DNA of 63,983 nucleotides, counting the filler, from Octopus bimaculoides (Eukaryota), in NCBI RefSeq assembly GCF_001194135.2. It is 6 parts of 6 records of this genome, joined end to end, with 100 filler letters (N's around TTAATTAATTAA, not from the genome) between each part and the next. Parts side by side here need not be neighbours in the genome. Positions count along the whole stretch, not along the records: positions 39,871 to 54,011 come from NC_069005.1; positions 54,112 to 57,827 come from NC_068988.1; positions 57,928 to 62,669 come from NC_069007.1; positions 62,770 to 63,983 come from NC_069004.1; 2 more parts are not named here. One strand, given 5' to 3'. This document shows, piece after piece, positions 52,998 through 63,983 of this stretch; position 1 is the first letter of the stretch, and every line of letters begins with the position of its first letter. Below the pieces are notes generated by a model that was not told where the DNA came from, ran no database searches, and worked only from the letters and a program-made list of their open reading frames with translations. Position numbers and translations under genes: made by a program.

Positions 52998-53230
52998 CAT
53001 CATCATCATCATTTAACGACTGTTGTCCATGCTGGCATGGGTCGGACGGTTTGAGCTGGCAAGATAGAGAGCTGCACCAGACTCCAGTCTGGTTTGGCAA
53101 GCTTTTTACAGCTGGATGCTCTTCCTAATGCCAACCACTTTACAGAGTGTGTTGGGTGCTTTTACATGGCGTCACACATGCACTTTTATGTGGGGCAGCA
53201 TGGGCACTTTTATGTGGCACCGCCATGAGT
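52998..53230 (-). mobile_element. RTE-tailed repeat with (ATG)n tail
   Basis: catcatcatcatttaacgactgttgtccatgctggcatggg; homologous to 22840-22920. Confidence 0.7.
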
Positions 53231-53239
53231 GCTTTACAC

Positions 53240-53880
53240 CATCAGAGGGACCAGACTTAATACTTCTGCTGTAGAGTATGGGCCTTTTTGAGTACAGCAA
53301 GGTGCCACACATCTTAGTCCTTTGTCATCTCGCCTGAAAGGTTCAACGTCCTGTAAATTGTTTTTCAGTACTTTATCCCATGTCTTTCTGGGTTTCCCAC
53401 TTCCATGTGTTCTATCTACTTTGAGAGACTGGTACTTCTTTATGGAGCTATTAGCATCCATCCGCATCACATGACCGAACCAGCACAGTCTTCTCTCCTG
53501 CACACAACAACTAATTCCTCTTATGCTTAACTTCTCTATCAAAACACTAGCACTCTGTCAAACATGTACACTTACATTACACATCTAGAGGAGTATACTA
53601 GCCTCATTCCTTTCTAACCGTTACATGTCCTCTGCATTCAGGGCCCATGTCTCACTACCATGTAGAAGTGCTGTCCATATACATGCATCATACAATCTTT
53701 CTTTCGTTTAAAGAAAGAAACATTTTGTGACCAATAGAAGCAACTGCTCTTTGAATTCCTTCCATCTTATCCTTATTCTTGCACTCTCTGTGCATCCTCT
53801 TCCACTACTAATTTGGTTCCTTAGGTAGCAGAAATTATTTACGACTTCTAATGAGCCACCAGGGCGTTTGAATCAATTTC
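53240..53880 (-). mobile_element. RTE LINE 3' fragment
   Basis: KLSIRGISCCVQERRLCWFGHVMRMD....K.......G.GKPRKTW; homologous to ~10760-11300. Confidence 0.85.
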
Positions 53881-54011
53881 CTGAGTCTCTGAGGTTTTTT
53901 TGGATTCTGTGCATCTTTCACAAACAAAAACGACCTTATCTACCTTCACACACATGCATACACGCATATACATACATATAATATAATGTATGTATATATA
54001 TATATATATAT

Positions 54012-54111
54012 NNNNNNNNNNNNNNNNNNNNNNNNNNNNNNNNNNNNNNNNNNNNTTAATTAATTAANNNNNNNNNNNNNNNNNNNNNNNNNNNNNNNNN
54101 NNNNNNNNNNN
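54012..54111. other. Artificial scaffold linker
   Basis: N44-TTAATTAATTAA-N44. Confidence 0.97.
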
Positions 54112-54278
54112 ATATATATATATATATATATAAGCGAAAAGTAAAAATTACACCACGTGTGGTCTTTTTTACCTAAAAACCTGCTTCAATGATCTATCTA
54201 CATATATATATATATGTATATATATATATATTTATGCATGTTTGTATGTATGTATACGGACAGACACAGACATGTATT

Positions 54279-54337
<59 letters not shown>

Positions 54338-54400
54338 GCAGAGAGAGATGCATGTGTTATATATGTGTATGTATGTATGTATGTATGTATGATTGTATGT
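54279..54400. repeat. (GATA)n and (TATG)n microsatellites
   Basis: Read directly. Confidence 0.92.
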
Positions 54401-54736
54401 ATGTATGTAAAAAGGTCTTTTGACTATTTTACGAATAAACTTTCCATGAAAATTTAAAAAAACAAATAGGGATATTATAGTAGAACTTATAGAACAAACA
54501 TACAGTAAATATTTTTTTTTAATATAACAGCAGGAAGGAAGTATTAGTGAAGTGAGGTGTTGTGGGAGGGGGGAAATGAAATCTGAAATAATGAAAACGA
54601 AATAAAATAATAAATAATGCATGCAGCCCCACAGGATTTATATGCTTTTATATCACTAAGCCCCAGCAGTCTGCATTTTGAAAAATAAATGGAAAACAAA
54701 CAAAAAATCCCGCAGAGATAAGATTTTATAAAACGC

Positions 54737-54776
<40 letters not shown>

Positions 54777-54805
54777 TTATCTATCTATCTGTCTGTCTGT
54801 CTGTC

Positions 54806-54836
<31 letters not shown>

Positions 54837-54841
54837 GTCTG

Positions 54842-54882
<41 letters not shown>

Positions 54883-54888
54883 TTATCT
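54737..54888. repeat. Compound (CTAT)n/(CTGT)n microsatellite
   Basis: Read directly. Confidence 0.92.
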
Positions 54889-56659
54889 GTTAGTGTGTTT
54901 ACAGCGATAGAGAGGGAGGGAGAGAAATGTAAGAGACTGTGTTAGATTTATATATTTGTTGATTTCTTAGAATTTTTTTTTTTAGGTTCATTCACATGAG
55001 AGAAGATGGTGAGTTTTTTCCTATTATCTTTCTTTTTTCGTTCCATTTATGAAATTTAGCGTTTTTGCAGGAGTCTTCAATGGGTAACAAGAAGAAACAG
55101 AAAGGATTTTTTTTTTTCTTTTTAAATAAAATTTTCATGCATTTTTAACAATTCCTTTTTTATTTATTTTCCTGTTTGACGTTTAGAGAGAAAATTCTGT
55201 TTGCCATTGTTGTTTTCCTGAAGTTAGTATTATGATTACGATAATTACTGCTGTTGTTAGTAGTCGTGTTAGTTGTGATAGTATTTTTTCCCATAATATT
55301 TTCATTTTTACGTAAATTAGAAAGACAGAGATGATGACTGTCACTCGATAAATGTTCGCTGTTAGAGTGTCTTCAGTTGAAAATAAGAAACAAAATATGA
55401 CACGACACAACCAAGTGGAGTTAGCTTTTTTCTTCTCTTGTCAGTATCTTTCGTTCTTTCAAGTGTTTTAGATTGTAAAATTGGTAAATCCTTGTCGCTT
55501 TTATTTATGTTCGAAGTTCAAAATCCTTCTGAGGTCGACTTCGCTTTTCATCTGTCTCTACTTGATAATAAATGTCATTTTTATCGTTACCACACCGCAC
55601 AAAATGTTTAGTTGCATTTCTTTCGGCTTTACATTCTCTGGTCTATATCTTCATTACGTTCAAATTTCACTTTACATTTCATCCTTTCGGGGTTAACGAA
55701 ATATGTACTAGTCGAGCATTAAGGGTCGATGTAATCGATTAATCTTGTCCTTCGAAATTTTAGGCCTTTTGCTTCCAGCAATTTATTTTTTATTTATTTT
55801 TTGTTTGTTTTGTTTGTTTATTTGTTTATTTATTTATTTATTCATTAGTGTATTGTATGAATCGGCTTACTCGGTAGAACGACAAACAAAATGTTATGTA
55901 GTGTTGATTTTGCTCGTTTACGTTCTGAGATCAAATACAAACTCTGTCGACTTTGCATCTATCTGGAAGCGTTTTAATTGAAATCTCTCAATGTGGTGCC
56001 TCACAGTAGCCGCAGTTCAATAATTAAAATAAGTAAGTAAAATATATAAGATTCGTTAGTGCAGTATCGCAGAAAGACTAAGTTCGCTTCTCAGTTGTGA
56101 GATTTTGAGATCGATCCAACTTCGTGGTATGTTAGGCAGGGACTATCTTTTGTATAACCTCGTGTCACCCCATAGCTTCTGAGAGAAACTGGGTACGTAT
56201 ATATAAGCCCACCAGATGGCTTGTATTTGTAATTCAAAGTAGACAGCCTTGTCAGACAATATGTTAGGCTGGTTCTAAAAGTGGATTACATTACCTGTTC
56301 TCGAGTTTGTAGAATGCACAACCACTTAACGTTACTCTGGGAATAAGTAATTCATTTAATGGAAAAACTAAATTTCTCAAACTTGAACGACGGAGATCCA
56401 TCACCATTTCTCTTCCCTGTCTTCTTGATTTGTTTCAAATTTGTTTTCCCTTTTGCTCATATTTGCTTTTTATTCGTTGTTTTTGCTTAGTTTTCATTCC
56501 TTAATTTTTTTCATTCATTCCTTTTTTGTCTCCTTTATTTCCTCTACATTTATTACTTTTTTATTCTCATTCTCAAAATATATTTTAACTTCATATCCAG
56601 TCATTATTCAGTTTAGATCTTTTAATTTATTTTTCTAAACTTCGTTCTTCCTCATCTAT

Positions 56660-56661
56660 TT

Positions 56662-56692
<31 letters not shown>

Positions 56693-56773
56693 TTCTTCTT
56701 CTTCTTCTTCTTCTTCTTCTTCTTCTTCTTCTTCTTCTTCTTCTTCTTCTTCTTCTTCTTCTTCTTCTTCTTC
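56660..56773. repeat. (TTC)n microsatellite
   Basis: About 37 units with one interruption. Confidence 0.95.
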
Positions 56774-57169
56774 CGTTATATTCTATTCAGTCATTAAATA
56801 TTTATTCCCTTTTCATTCTAACGTTCATGATTTGTTATTTTAGAAATTAATATTTGCTCTCACTTTTTGTTGAATTTAAATATTTCCCCATAATTTCATT
56901 CTGTTATTAAATTTCTAGTCTTATTCCATTTGAAATTCTATAATTCAATCTTTCATTCGTTACTTCTCGTTAGTTACTTTTTTTTTTCTTCCTTTTTTTT
57001 TTTCAACGTTTTTCCTCTTCCCCTTCACACTCTTCCCGCCTTTGTTTGTGCTTTAAACCGATATTATCTCACTCCTTCGTATTTGCAATCCTTCGTCAAT
57101 TTATACTCTCATCTTTACTGTTCCACCTCTATACTTTTATATAATCTTTGCTAGTTACAAACATAACAG

Positions 57170-57650
57170 CGTTGTTAAGAGGTTCGCTTTCCAACTGTAC
57201 GTTTTCGGATACAATCCAACTACCTGATACTTTGGGCAAGTGTCTCATACTTTTGCCCACCTGACCAATTCCTTGTTAGGGATTTTCGTAAACGGACATT
57301 GTCTGGAAACCCATCGTATATGCATAAATATATGCATATACATATATGTGTGCATGTGTGGACGTCTATGCGAACGTGTATGTGTGTATATTATGTGTGT
57401 GTATATGTGGGCGCGTACATAGGTTTGTGTGTCTATTGTCTTTGTGTGTGTGCATATCCTTTCACTGCTTGGTAACCTGTGTTGCTGTGTTTACGTCCCA
57501 TAACTTAGCGGTTTCAACAGTAAAGCTCGACAGAATAAGTACTAGAGTTTAAAACACAAGTACTTGGGTCGATCATTTTTACTATTACTGTCAAAGTGGT
57601 GCTTCAGCATGGCCGTAGTCCAATGAGTGAAATAATTTAAGATAAAAGAC
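57170..57650 (+). mobile_element. Degenerate SINE family 1 copy with microsatellite insert
   Basis: tgtttacgtccc.taacttagcggtt...cgacagaataagtact...cagcatggccg.agtc tail. Confidence 0.6.
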
Positions 57651-57827
57651 AAATTCTATTCTCTGTTTTTCTTTAATGTTTTCCTTTTGTTTCCTTCTTC
57701 CTATCTCAATTATTTAATCTTACTTCTCACATTTATTGTTACTGTCATGAATTATGTCTTTAAATATTTTTTCTTATTCAATCATTCTTTCTGTCTTCCG
57801 AACACCTTTATATATATATATATATAT

Positions 57828-57927
57828 NNNNNNNNNNNNNNNNNNNNNNNNNNNNNNNNNNNNNNNNNNNNTTAATTAATTAANNNNNNNNNNNNNNNNN
57901 NNNNNNNNNNNNNNNNNNNNNNNNNNN
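57828..57927. other. Artificial scaffold linker
   Basis: N44-TTAATTAATTAA-N44. Confidence 0.97.
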
Positions 57928-58108
57928 ATAAGTCCTGGGGTCGATTTGTTCGACTAAAGGCAGTGCTCCAGCATGGCCGCTGTCAAATGATTGAAACAAA
58001 TAAAAGAATACACACACACACATACACACACACACACACACACACATACACGCACATAATATTATTTAATTAATAGCAGGAGATGGATTTCGTATTAGAC
58101 TTTTATTA

Positions 58109-58156
58109 GGTACAGCATACGTTTCGACCCATCAGTCTGGGTCTCATCAGGTACAT
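58109..58156 (-). ncRNA. Hammerhead ribozyme-like motif (minimal type I, probably Penelope-associated, stem I imperfect)
   Basis: Minus strand: GUAC-CUGAUGA-GACCCA(gacuga)UGGGUC-GAAA-CGUA-UGCUGUACC. Complete core boxes, perfect 6-bp stem II with a G-C closing pair, palindromic ACGU stem III, AAUAAA immediately downstream. Confidence 0.55.
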
Positions 58157-58494
58157 TGATAAAGATGTCTCACTACAGATTCGGAGTGTCGGCTGGTTTG
58201 TTGTTTTATGTCCATCAAGTTACGGAGTGATTAGAAGAAAAAGAAAATACCTTTGAGTGAGAGGTCTGATACTATCTTTCCCATCTTCCCAGCACATTAA
58301 TTGTAAGCACCGCCGTCCGTAATGCGGGTGGTGATTTATAGTAGCTTACATTTCGACTTATCTTAGAACATGGTTGAGTCCATGAAACAGGATTTGAGTA
58401 CACCTCCATTTAGAGCACAGTCTAAGCTATCTTTTTGTGGAAGAAGGTTTATGTTCCTATAACCTGTGTTAATTCTGTAATCCACCCTTTAAAA

Positions 58495-58690
58495 TGGCTG
58501 TGTAGTAAGAAGCTTGCTTCCCAACCACATGGTTCCGGGTTCAGTTCCACTGCGTGGCACCTTGAGCAAGTGTCTTCTACTACGGCCTCACTTGACAACC
58601 GATGTTAGTGTGTTTATGTCCCCGTAGCTTAGCGGTTCGGGCAAAAGTGATCAATAGAACAAGTACTAGGCTTACAAAGAATGATTGAAA
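58495..58690 (+). mobile_element. SINE family 1, internally deleted
   Basis: Head tggctgtgtagtaagaagcttgcttcccaaccacatggttccgggttcagttcc joined to the 3' part. Confidence 0.8.
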
Positions 58691-58709
58691 CAAGTAACAA
58701 TGTAAAATA

Positions 58710-58741
<32 letters not shown>

Positions 58742-59783
58742 GTAAGTAGTTTTCGTAACTTATCCTCCGACGCTACTCTATCTCTTTCTCTCCCTCTCTT
58801 TCTCTTTCCTTTCTCCCCCCCTCGTTCTTCCTCTGTACTACTACGTATCTCGCCTTACCCCTCTTGTTCTTCCTCTGTTACTACTACGTATATCTTTTTT
58901 CCCCCTCGTATTTCCTCTTTTTCTTTTTTCCTCTCGTTGCTCACCATTCTTCTACTTCCTCCCTCTCTTTTTCCCTCTACCACTCTCTCTCTTCCCTTTA
59001 CACCGGCATGGTCACATGCTTNNNNNNNNNNNNNNNNNNNNNNNNNNNNNNNNNNNNNNNNNNNNNNNNNNNNNNNNNNNNNNNNNNNNNNNNNNNNNNN
59101 NNNNNNNNNNNNNNNNNNNNNNNNNNNNNNNNNNNNNNNNNNNNNNNNNNNNNNNNNNNNNNNNNNNNNNNNNNNNNNNNNNNNNNNNNNNNNNNNNNNN
59201 NNNNNNNNNNNNNNNNNNNNNNNNNNNNNNNNNNNNNNNNNNNNNNNNNNNNNNNNNNNNNNNNNNNNNNNNNNNNNNNNNNNNNNNNNNNNNNNNNNNN
59301 NNNNNNNNNNNNNNNNNNNNNNNNNNNNNNNNNNNNNNNNNNNNNNNNNNNNNNNNNNNNNNNNNNNNNNNNNNNNNNNNNNNNNNNNNNNNNNNNNNNN
59401 NNNNNNNNNNNNNNNNNNNNNNNNNNNNNNNNNNNNNNNNNNNNNNNNNNNNNNNNNNNNNNNNNNNNNNNNNNNNNNNNNNNNNNNNNNNNNNNNNNNN
59501 NNNNNNNNNNNNNNNNNNNNNNNNNNNNNNNNNNNNNNNNNNNNNNNNNNNNNNNNNNNNNNNNNNNNNNNNNNNNNNNNNNNNNNNNNNNNNNNNNNNN
59601 NNNNNNNNNNNNNNNNNNNNNNNNNNNNNNNNNNNNNNNNNNNNNNNNNNNNNNNNNNNNNNNNNNNNNNNNNNNNNNNNNNNNNNNNNNNNNNNNNNNN
59701 NNNNNNNNNNNNNNNNNNNNNNNNNNNNNNNNNNNNNNNNNNNNNNNNNNNNNNNNNNNNNNNNNNNNNNNNNNNNNNNNNNA

Positions 59784-60257
59784 TCCCATAAGCTCTGTCC
59801 GAATTTTCAATAAAGAAAACAAGTGATCAAATATTATATTTAATTGAAATTTAATCATCAATGTACTTTCCCTGATTTTCTATTTACAAGCTTTTTAATT
59901 CCATCAATGTAAAACTCTTTTGGTTTCAAAGCGAAGAACTCTGAAATATCTCCTGAACGAGAGCTTTGGAACCATCTCTGGACAGTTCTGAGGCCAACAA
60001 AACCGTTACCAAAGGCCCGCTTGATATTCCGTAGAGCTTCTGCGGCAGAGTGACCCAGTTTTTACTCATACGAGAAAATAACTCAACATAGGTTGGTTAT
60101 TGGCATTTTCATAAAGTCTGTGGGTATGAATTTTGTATACCAATATTGTTGGGAAAGGAAAAGAGTCAAGATTAAATGCAAGGTATACATAATTGAGTTT
60201 TTAAATGATTGAAATAAGTAATTAAAAATGCAACATTTCGTGTGAAACAACTTTTTA
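59784..60257 (-). mobile_element. Internally deleted mariner element
   Basis: ATG 60112; KLGHSAAEALRNIKRAFGNG.VG.RTVQRWF (mariner N-terminal HTH) joined to FFALKPKEFYIDGIKKLVNR (mariner C-terminus). TIR-like end at ~60230-60257 beside a TA run. Confidence 0.85.
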
Positions 60258-60289
60258 TATATGTATATATGTATTTCTTATATTGTTTT

Positions 60290-60690
60290 GCTTGCTTCAG
60301 TCATTAGACTTTGGCCATGCTGGAGCACCGCCTTGAAGAATTTTTAGTCGAATGTATCGTCCCCACTTCTTTTTTTTTTTTTTCTTTAAGCCTGGTACTT
60401 ATTCCGTCGGTCTTTTTACCAAACCGCTAAGTTGGGGGACGTAACCACACCAGCGCCGGTTGTCAAGCTGTAGGTGGAAAACAAATACACACACAAAGAC
60501 ACACACACACACACATATGTTATATTACACATAAACAACGGTCTTCTTTCAGTTTCTGTCCACCAAATCTGCTCACAAGGCTTTGGTCGGCCTGAGACTA
60601 TAGTGGAAGCAACTTGCCCAAGGTGCCACGTAGTGGTACTGAACCCGGAACCATGTGATTGGGAAGTAAGCTTCTTACCACACAGCCACG
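60290..60690 (-). mobile_element. SINE family 1
   Basis: Full-length homolog of 10179-10560. Confidence 0.85.
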
Positions 60691-60699
60691 AAATGAAGG

Positions 60700-60965
60700 A
60701 AATCTCGAACCCAGACATCCAGGTCTACAACCAGAGAAGGACCATCGATTATAACAGACATATTGCCCCAGATCTGCCTCTTGCCCACAGACTTCCTGCT
60801 TCCCCTCCTTGTTTCTTTCGCTACCGCTACTCTAATGGCCTCTGCTCCCCGAAGCTGCCTGATCTCCTGTCTCTACCACCCAGGGCCTCCGACCCACCCC
60901 ACTCTCCAATACTCCTTAGTCTTGTTGCGTCCACCACTGTGGTGGACCTACACCAACGAATATAG
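60700..60965 (+). mobile_element. Possible 3' fragment of a Jockey/CR1-type LINE
   Basis: HRLPAS..CFFRYRYSNGLCSPKL.DL resembles the RR..ASLSLFYRY..G.CS.EL C-terminal motif of such LINEs. Confidence 0.45.
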
Positions 60966-61940
60966 CCATAGTCTTTCTTTCTTTCTTTCTTTCTTTGTAC
61001 TTGGTTCAGTCATTAGACTGCGGCCGTGTTGGGGTCACAGTCTTCAACGGTTTAGTCGAACAAATCGGCCCCAGTGTTTATTTTTTCCTAAAGCCAGGTA
61101 CTTATTTTACTTTATCAGTTTTTTTGTTTTTTTTGCCGAACCACTCTGTCACGGGGAGGTAAACAAAATAATACCGATTGTCAAGCTATGTACCAGGAAC
61201 TGAGAGGGATATCGTGGAACAGAGACACTGTGGGTGATACAGATAATTTGACATTATTTTTTAATTCCGCATGCAAAAACATATAAGATATAAGTATTCT
61301 TTTCCTTGGGACAAATTCTTTGTTGACCATTGTTATTCTTATCGTAGTTTACAAACTCAAGTTTGAATACGTTACTCAACATTGGAGTTTTGGAGATGGA
61401 TGCCCCCTTCACACACACACATGAATGCATAAATGTACATATAAACTTATATATGAATACATGCATCCACATGCACTTATATATTACTGATGTACACAAA
61501 TACATGACAGGTATACGTAATACTGAAATACGCATAACGTAAACACGTTATTAATATAAGTAATTAAAAAAAAAAATTAACAAATACAATCAATGAAGAG
61601 ATATAAGAAACTGTAAGATGATACATGTTGATTTTATTAGGTATTTCTGTTTATTTAGAAAGCTACAAGGAACAGGTCAGACGCTAAACTATAAATTTCA
61701 CAGGGTACAACCTTAAAGTTGACACCGCTCGCAAAACGCGAAAAATTTGTCTATTCGCTAAAAATACTCAGTTTTTTTCAATTTTTAAACCTCTGTAACT
61801 TTTTCCTCCAATTTTTTTCCATTACATCATATCTTCAAAGCAATGAGACTGGAAAACTACATTATTATAGCCGATTTTCAGATTTTGTACTGTCTTTTAA
61901 AAAAATGCATATTTTACGAATGAAAAAAAAACTAGATCCG

Positions 61941-62110
61941 AAAATTCTTCGAGGCGGTGCCCCAGCATGGCCGCAGTCGAATGACCGAAACAAGATAATC
62001 GGTAAAAGATAGCTGGGCCCACGCATGACTGCACGGTTAAGGTGCTCGCTTTGCGGGCAAATTCTTCGAGGCGATGCCCCAGCATGGCCGCAGTTAAATG
62101 ACTGGAACCA
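61941..62110 (+). repeat. Local direct duplication of a SINE 3' end
   Basis: aaattcttcgaggcg(g/a)tgccccagcatggccgcagt at ~61942 and ~62059. Confidence 0.8.
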
Positions 62111-62669
62111 GTTGAACATAAAGGTAAATGGCAACAGATAAGTTGAAAGATGGCGTGTGGGGGTGGAACTTGAGGGAAAGCTGGCTGCTATTTGTACTAC
62201 GGGGCCACATAGAATCTTCCTATTAAACCTTTTGTCGTCTCACCCGTGCTAAGACTTAATGACGTCCCACCCATGACCGTCCTGTATAATTCTAATGTAC
62301 AAAGAATCCAGTCTGTTCTTTGATAAGAGAAGTAGAATGTTATTTGAGGGAGATTTAGCTACTATTTCTAACAAATCGAGACTCCCGCGTTAGTTTGGTG
62401 TTAACGTCGTCTATACATACGTGTGTGTATGTATGTGTATGTTTGTTTATGTACGCGTATGTGTGCGTGTATCTCCGTGTGTGAATGTGCTTATGTGCGT
62501 GGTGTGTATGTGTGTGTGTGTATATGTACCTGTAAGTGTGTATGTGAGCGTCTCTGTGTGCGTGTGACCGCATAAAGATGCATGTATGTGCATATATGTG
62601 TGTGCACATATGTATGATTGTGCGGGTTCGTATGTGTGTGTGTGTGTGTGTGTGTGCTTGCCTGTTTTG

Positions 62670-62769
62670 NNNNNNNNNNNNNNNNNNNNNNNNNNNNNNN
62701 NNNNNNNNNNNNNTTAATTAATTAANNNNNNNNNNNNNNNNNNNNNNNNNNNNNNNNNNNNNNNNNNNN
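62670..62769. other. Artificial scaffold linker
   Basis: N44-TTAATTAATTAA-N44. Confidence 0.97.
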
Positions 62770-62818
<49 letters not shown>

Positions 62819-63019
62819 GTTTGTACGCATGCATATGTGTACATAATAAGAATTCGAATCTCGCCATCTTCAACTATGACTTATACGTTTCGGTGAGAAA
62901 CCTGTGGTCATGTACTATTATAACAAGCGTGAGAGGTCATTAGGCTCATTACCCCCCTCCATACCTTTCCTTATCCCCCTCTCTCTTTCCTCTTCTTTTT
63001 CGCGCTGTCGCTCTTTCTC

Positions 63020-63052
<33 letters not shown>

Positions 63053-63489
63053 GGTTAGCCCTCACCTTCCTTCCTATCTTCAGGTACCCTATTATTCTGT
63101 CCACACCTTGTTTTCTTACATTTGTTTCATCGATTACTGCCATTTCTCACGCTTTTCTTTTTATTATGTATATACTTGTATATACGCCCATCTGTCTGTC
63201 TGTCTGTCTCTTTATCTGTTTACCTATACATACATACATACGTTCAAGCATACTTACATACATGCATACACACACATATATATATATATATATACATACA
63301 TACATACATACATATATACATACATACATACATACATACATAAAAATCTCTAACAAACACCGGGAACTCTCATTACTCGAAAAATCTTGTCGCTTTGTTA
63401 GCGACCTGCTTGAACTCTCTCATGAACTCAAACAAAACTCACAGGAAAATATTTCATTGATATATATACATTCGTCCATACATGCATAC

Positions 63490-63725
63490 ATACGATGCGT
63501 CCTGCCCTAACTCTTCGAAACACTTAGTTTTAGAATGAGGGCAGCTGATGAAGGAACTGTTCTCTATGTGGCCTGTGTGTTTTCTGTATTCAGTTTATCA
63601 TTTTGTCTACGCTTTGTTTGCTACGTCCTGTACCCAGATATGCATCTATATATACAGGTAGATGTAGGTATGTACATACATGTACGTATATATGCATATA
63701 CTCACTTATTATTTGTATTACATAC
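63490..63725 (+). mobile_element. Probable Penelope-like pLTR fragment with hammerhead-like motifs
   Basis: ACGATGCGTC-CTGCCCT (63492-63508), AGGGCAG-CTGATGA-AGGAA (63538-63556); homologous to 22-333. Confidence 0.45.
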
Positions 63726-63983
63726 ATACATACATAAAACAAAACATGGCAAAGATTCCTTTCGATGGTTGGGCCACACCGACACAAAGAAGATCAGTTC
63801 TTTTCGAGCGTTGCTCTTCCTTGGCCGTCTTTCTTTGTAATGGATTGAAACAAAAATAGTTACAATGAAGAAGACACATCTTAAGAATTCAAAAGTCTAC
63901 GACAGTTGGTGACTTTCCTTTAGTATTTATTATTTGGTGTCAAAATTTTCGTCACACTATCTGCCACCTGGTCACTGGAAATA

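Noticed and set aside
61941-62110. CRISPR-like direct repeats with a spacer
   Set aside because: Only two units, matching the SINE 3' end, in a eukaryotic context with no cas genes.
62860-62950. Third hammerhead (minus-strand GAAACGUA)
   Set aside because: No CUGANGA with a pairing stem II was found; only a CUAAUGA far upstream.

Overview
AT-rich, repeat-rich animal genomic DNA, almost certainly octopus/coleoid cephalopod (inferred from tandem protocadherins, tRNA-derived SINEs and dense microsatellites). It is not one contiguous locus. Five identical 100-bp artificial linkers (N44-TTAATTAATTAA-N44) split it into six segments: 1-26529, 26630-39770, 39871-54011, 54112-57827, 57928-62669 and 62770-end. 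Segment 1 holds the first two coding exons of TMEM39 (+), which the ORF track does not assemble into a gene. It also holds a candidate divergent minus-strand gene for a type II membrane protein, whose 14-kb intron contains a complete decayed hAT/Buster transposon (8-bp TSD, nested Tc1/mariner pieces) and an RTE LINE. Segment 2 is a tandem protocadherin array (3' end of copy A, full copies B and C), each copy with its own four exons. EC2/EC3 are divergent while EC1, EC4 and the tail are nearly identical. Segment 3 carries an intronless, >=8.45-kb open Furry (FRY/Tao3/Mor2) reading frame, a probable retrogene. Segments 4-6 are repeats, including an internally deleted mariner and hammerhead-ribozyme-like motifs of probable Penelope-like origin. 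All alignments and counts were made by eye; no databases were searched.
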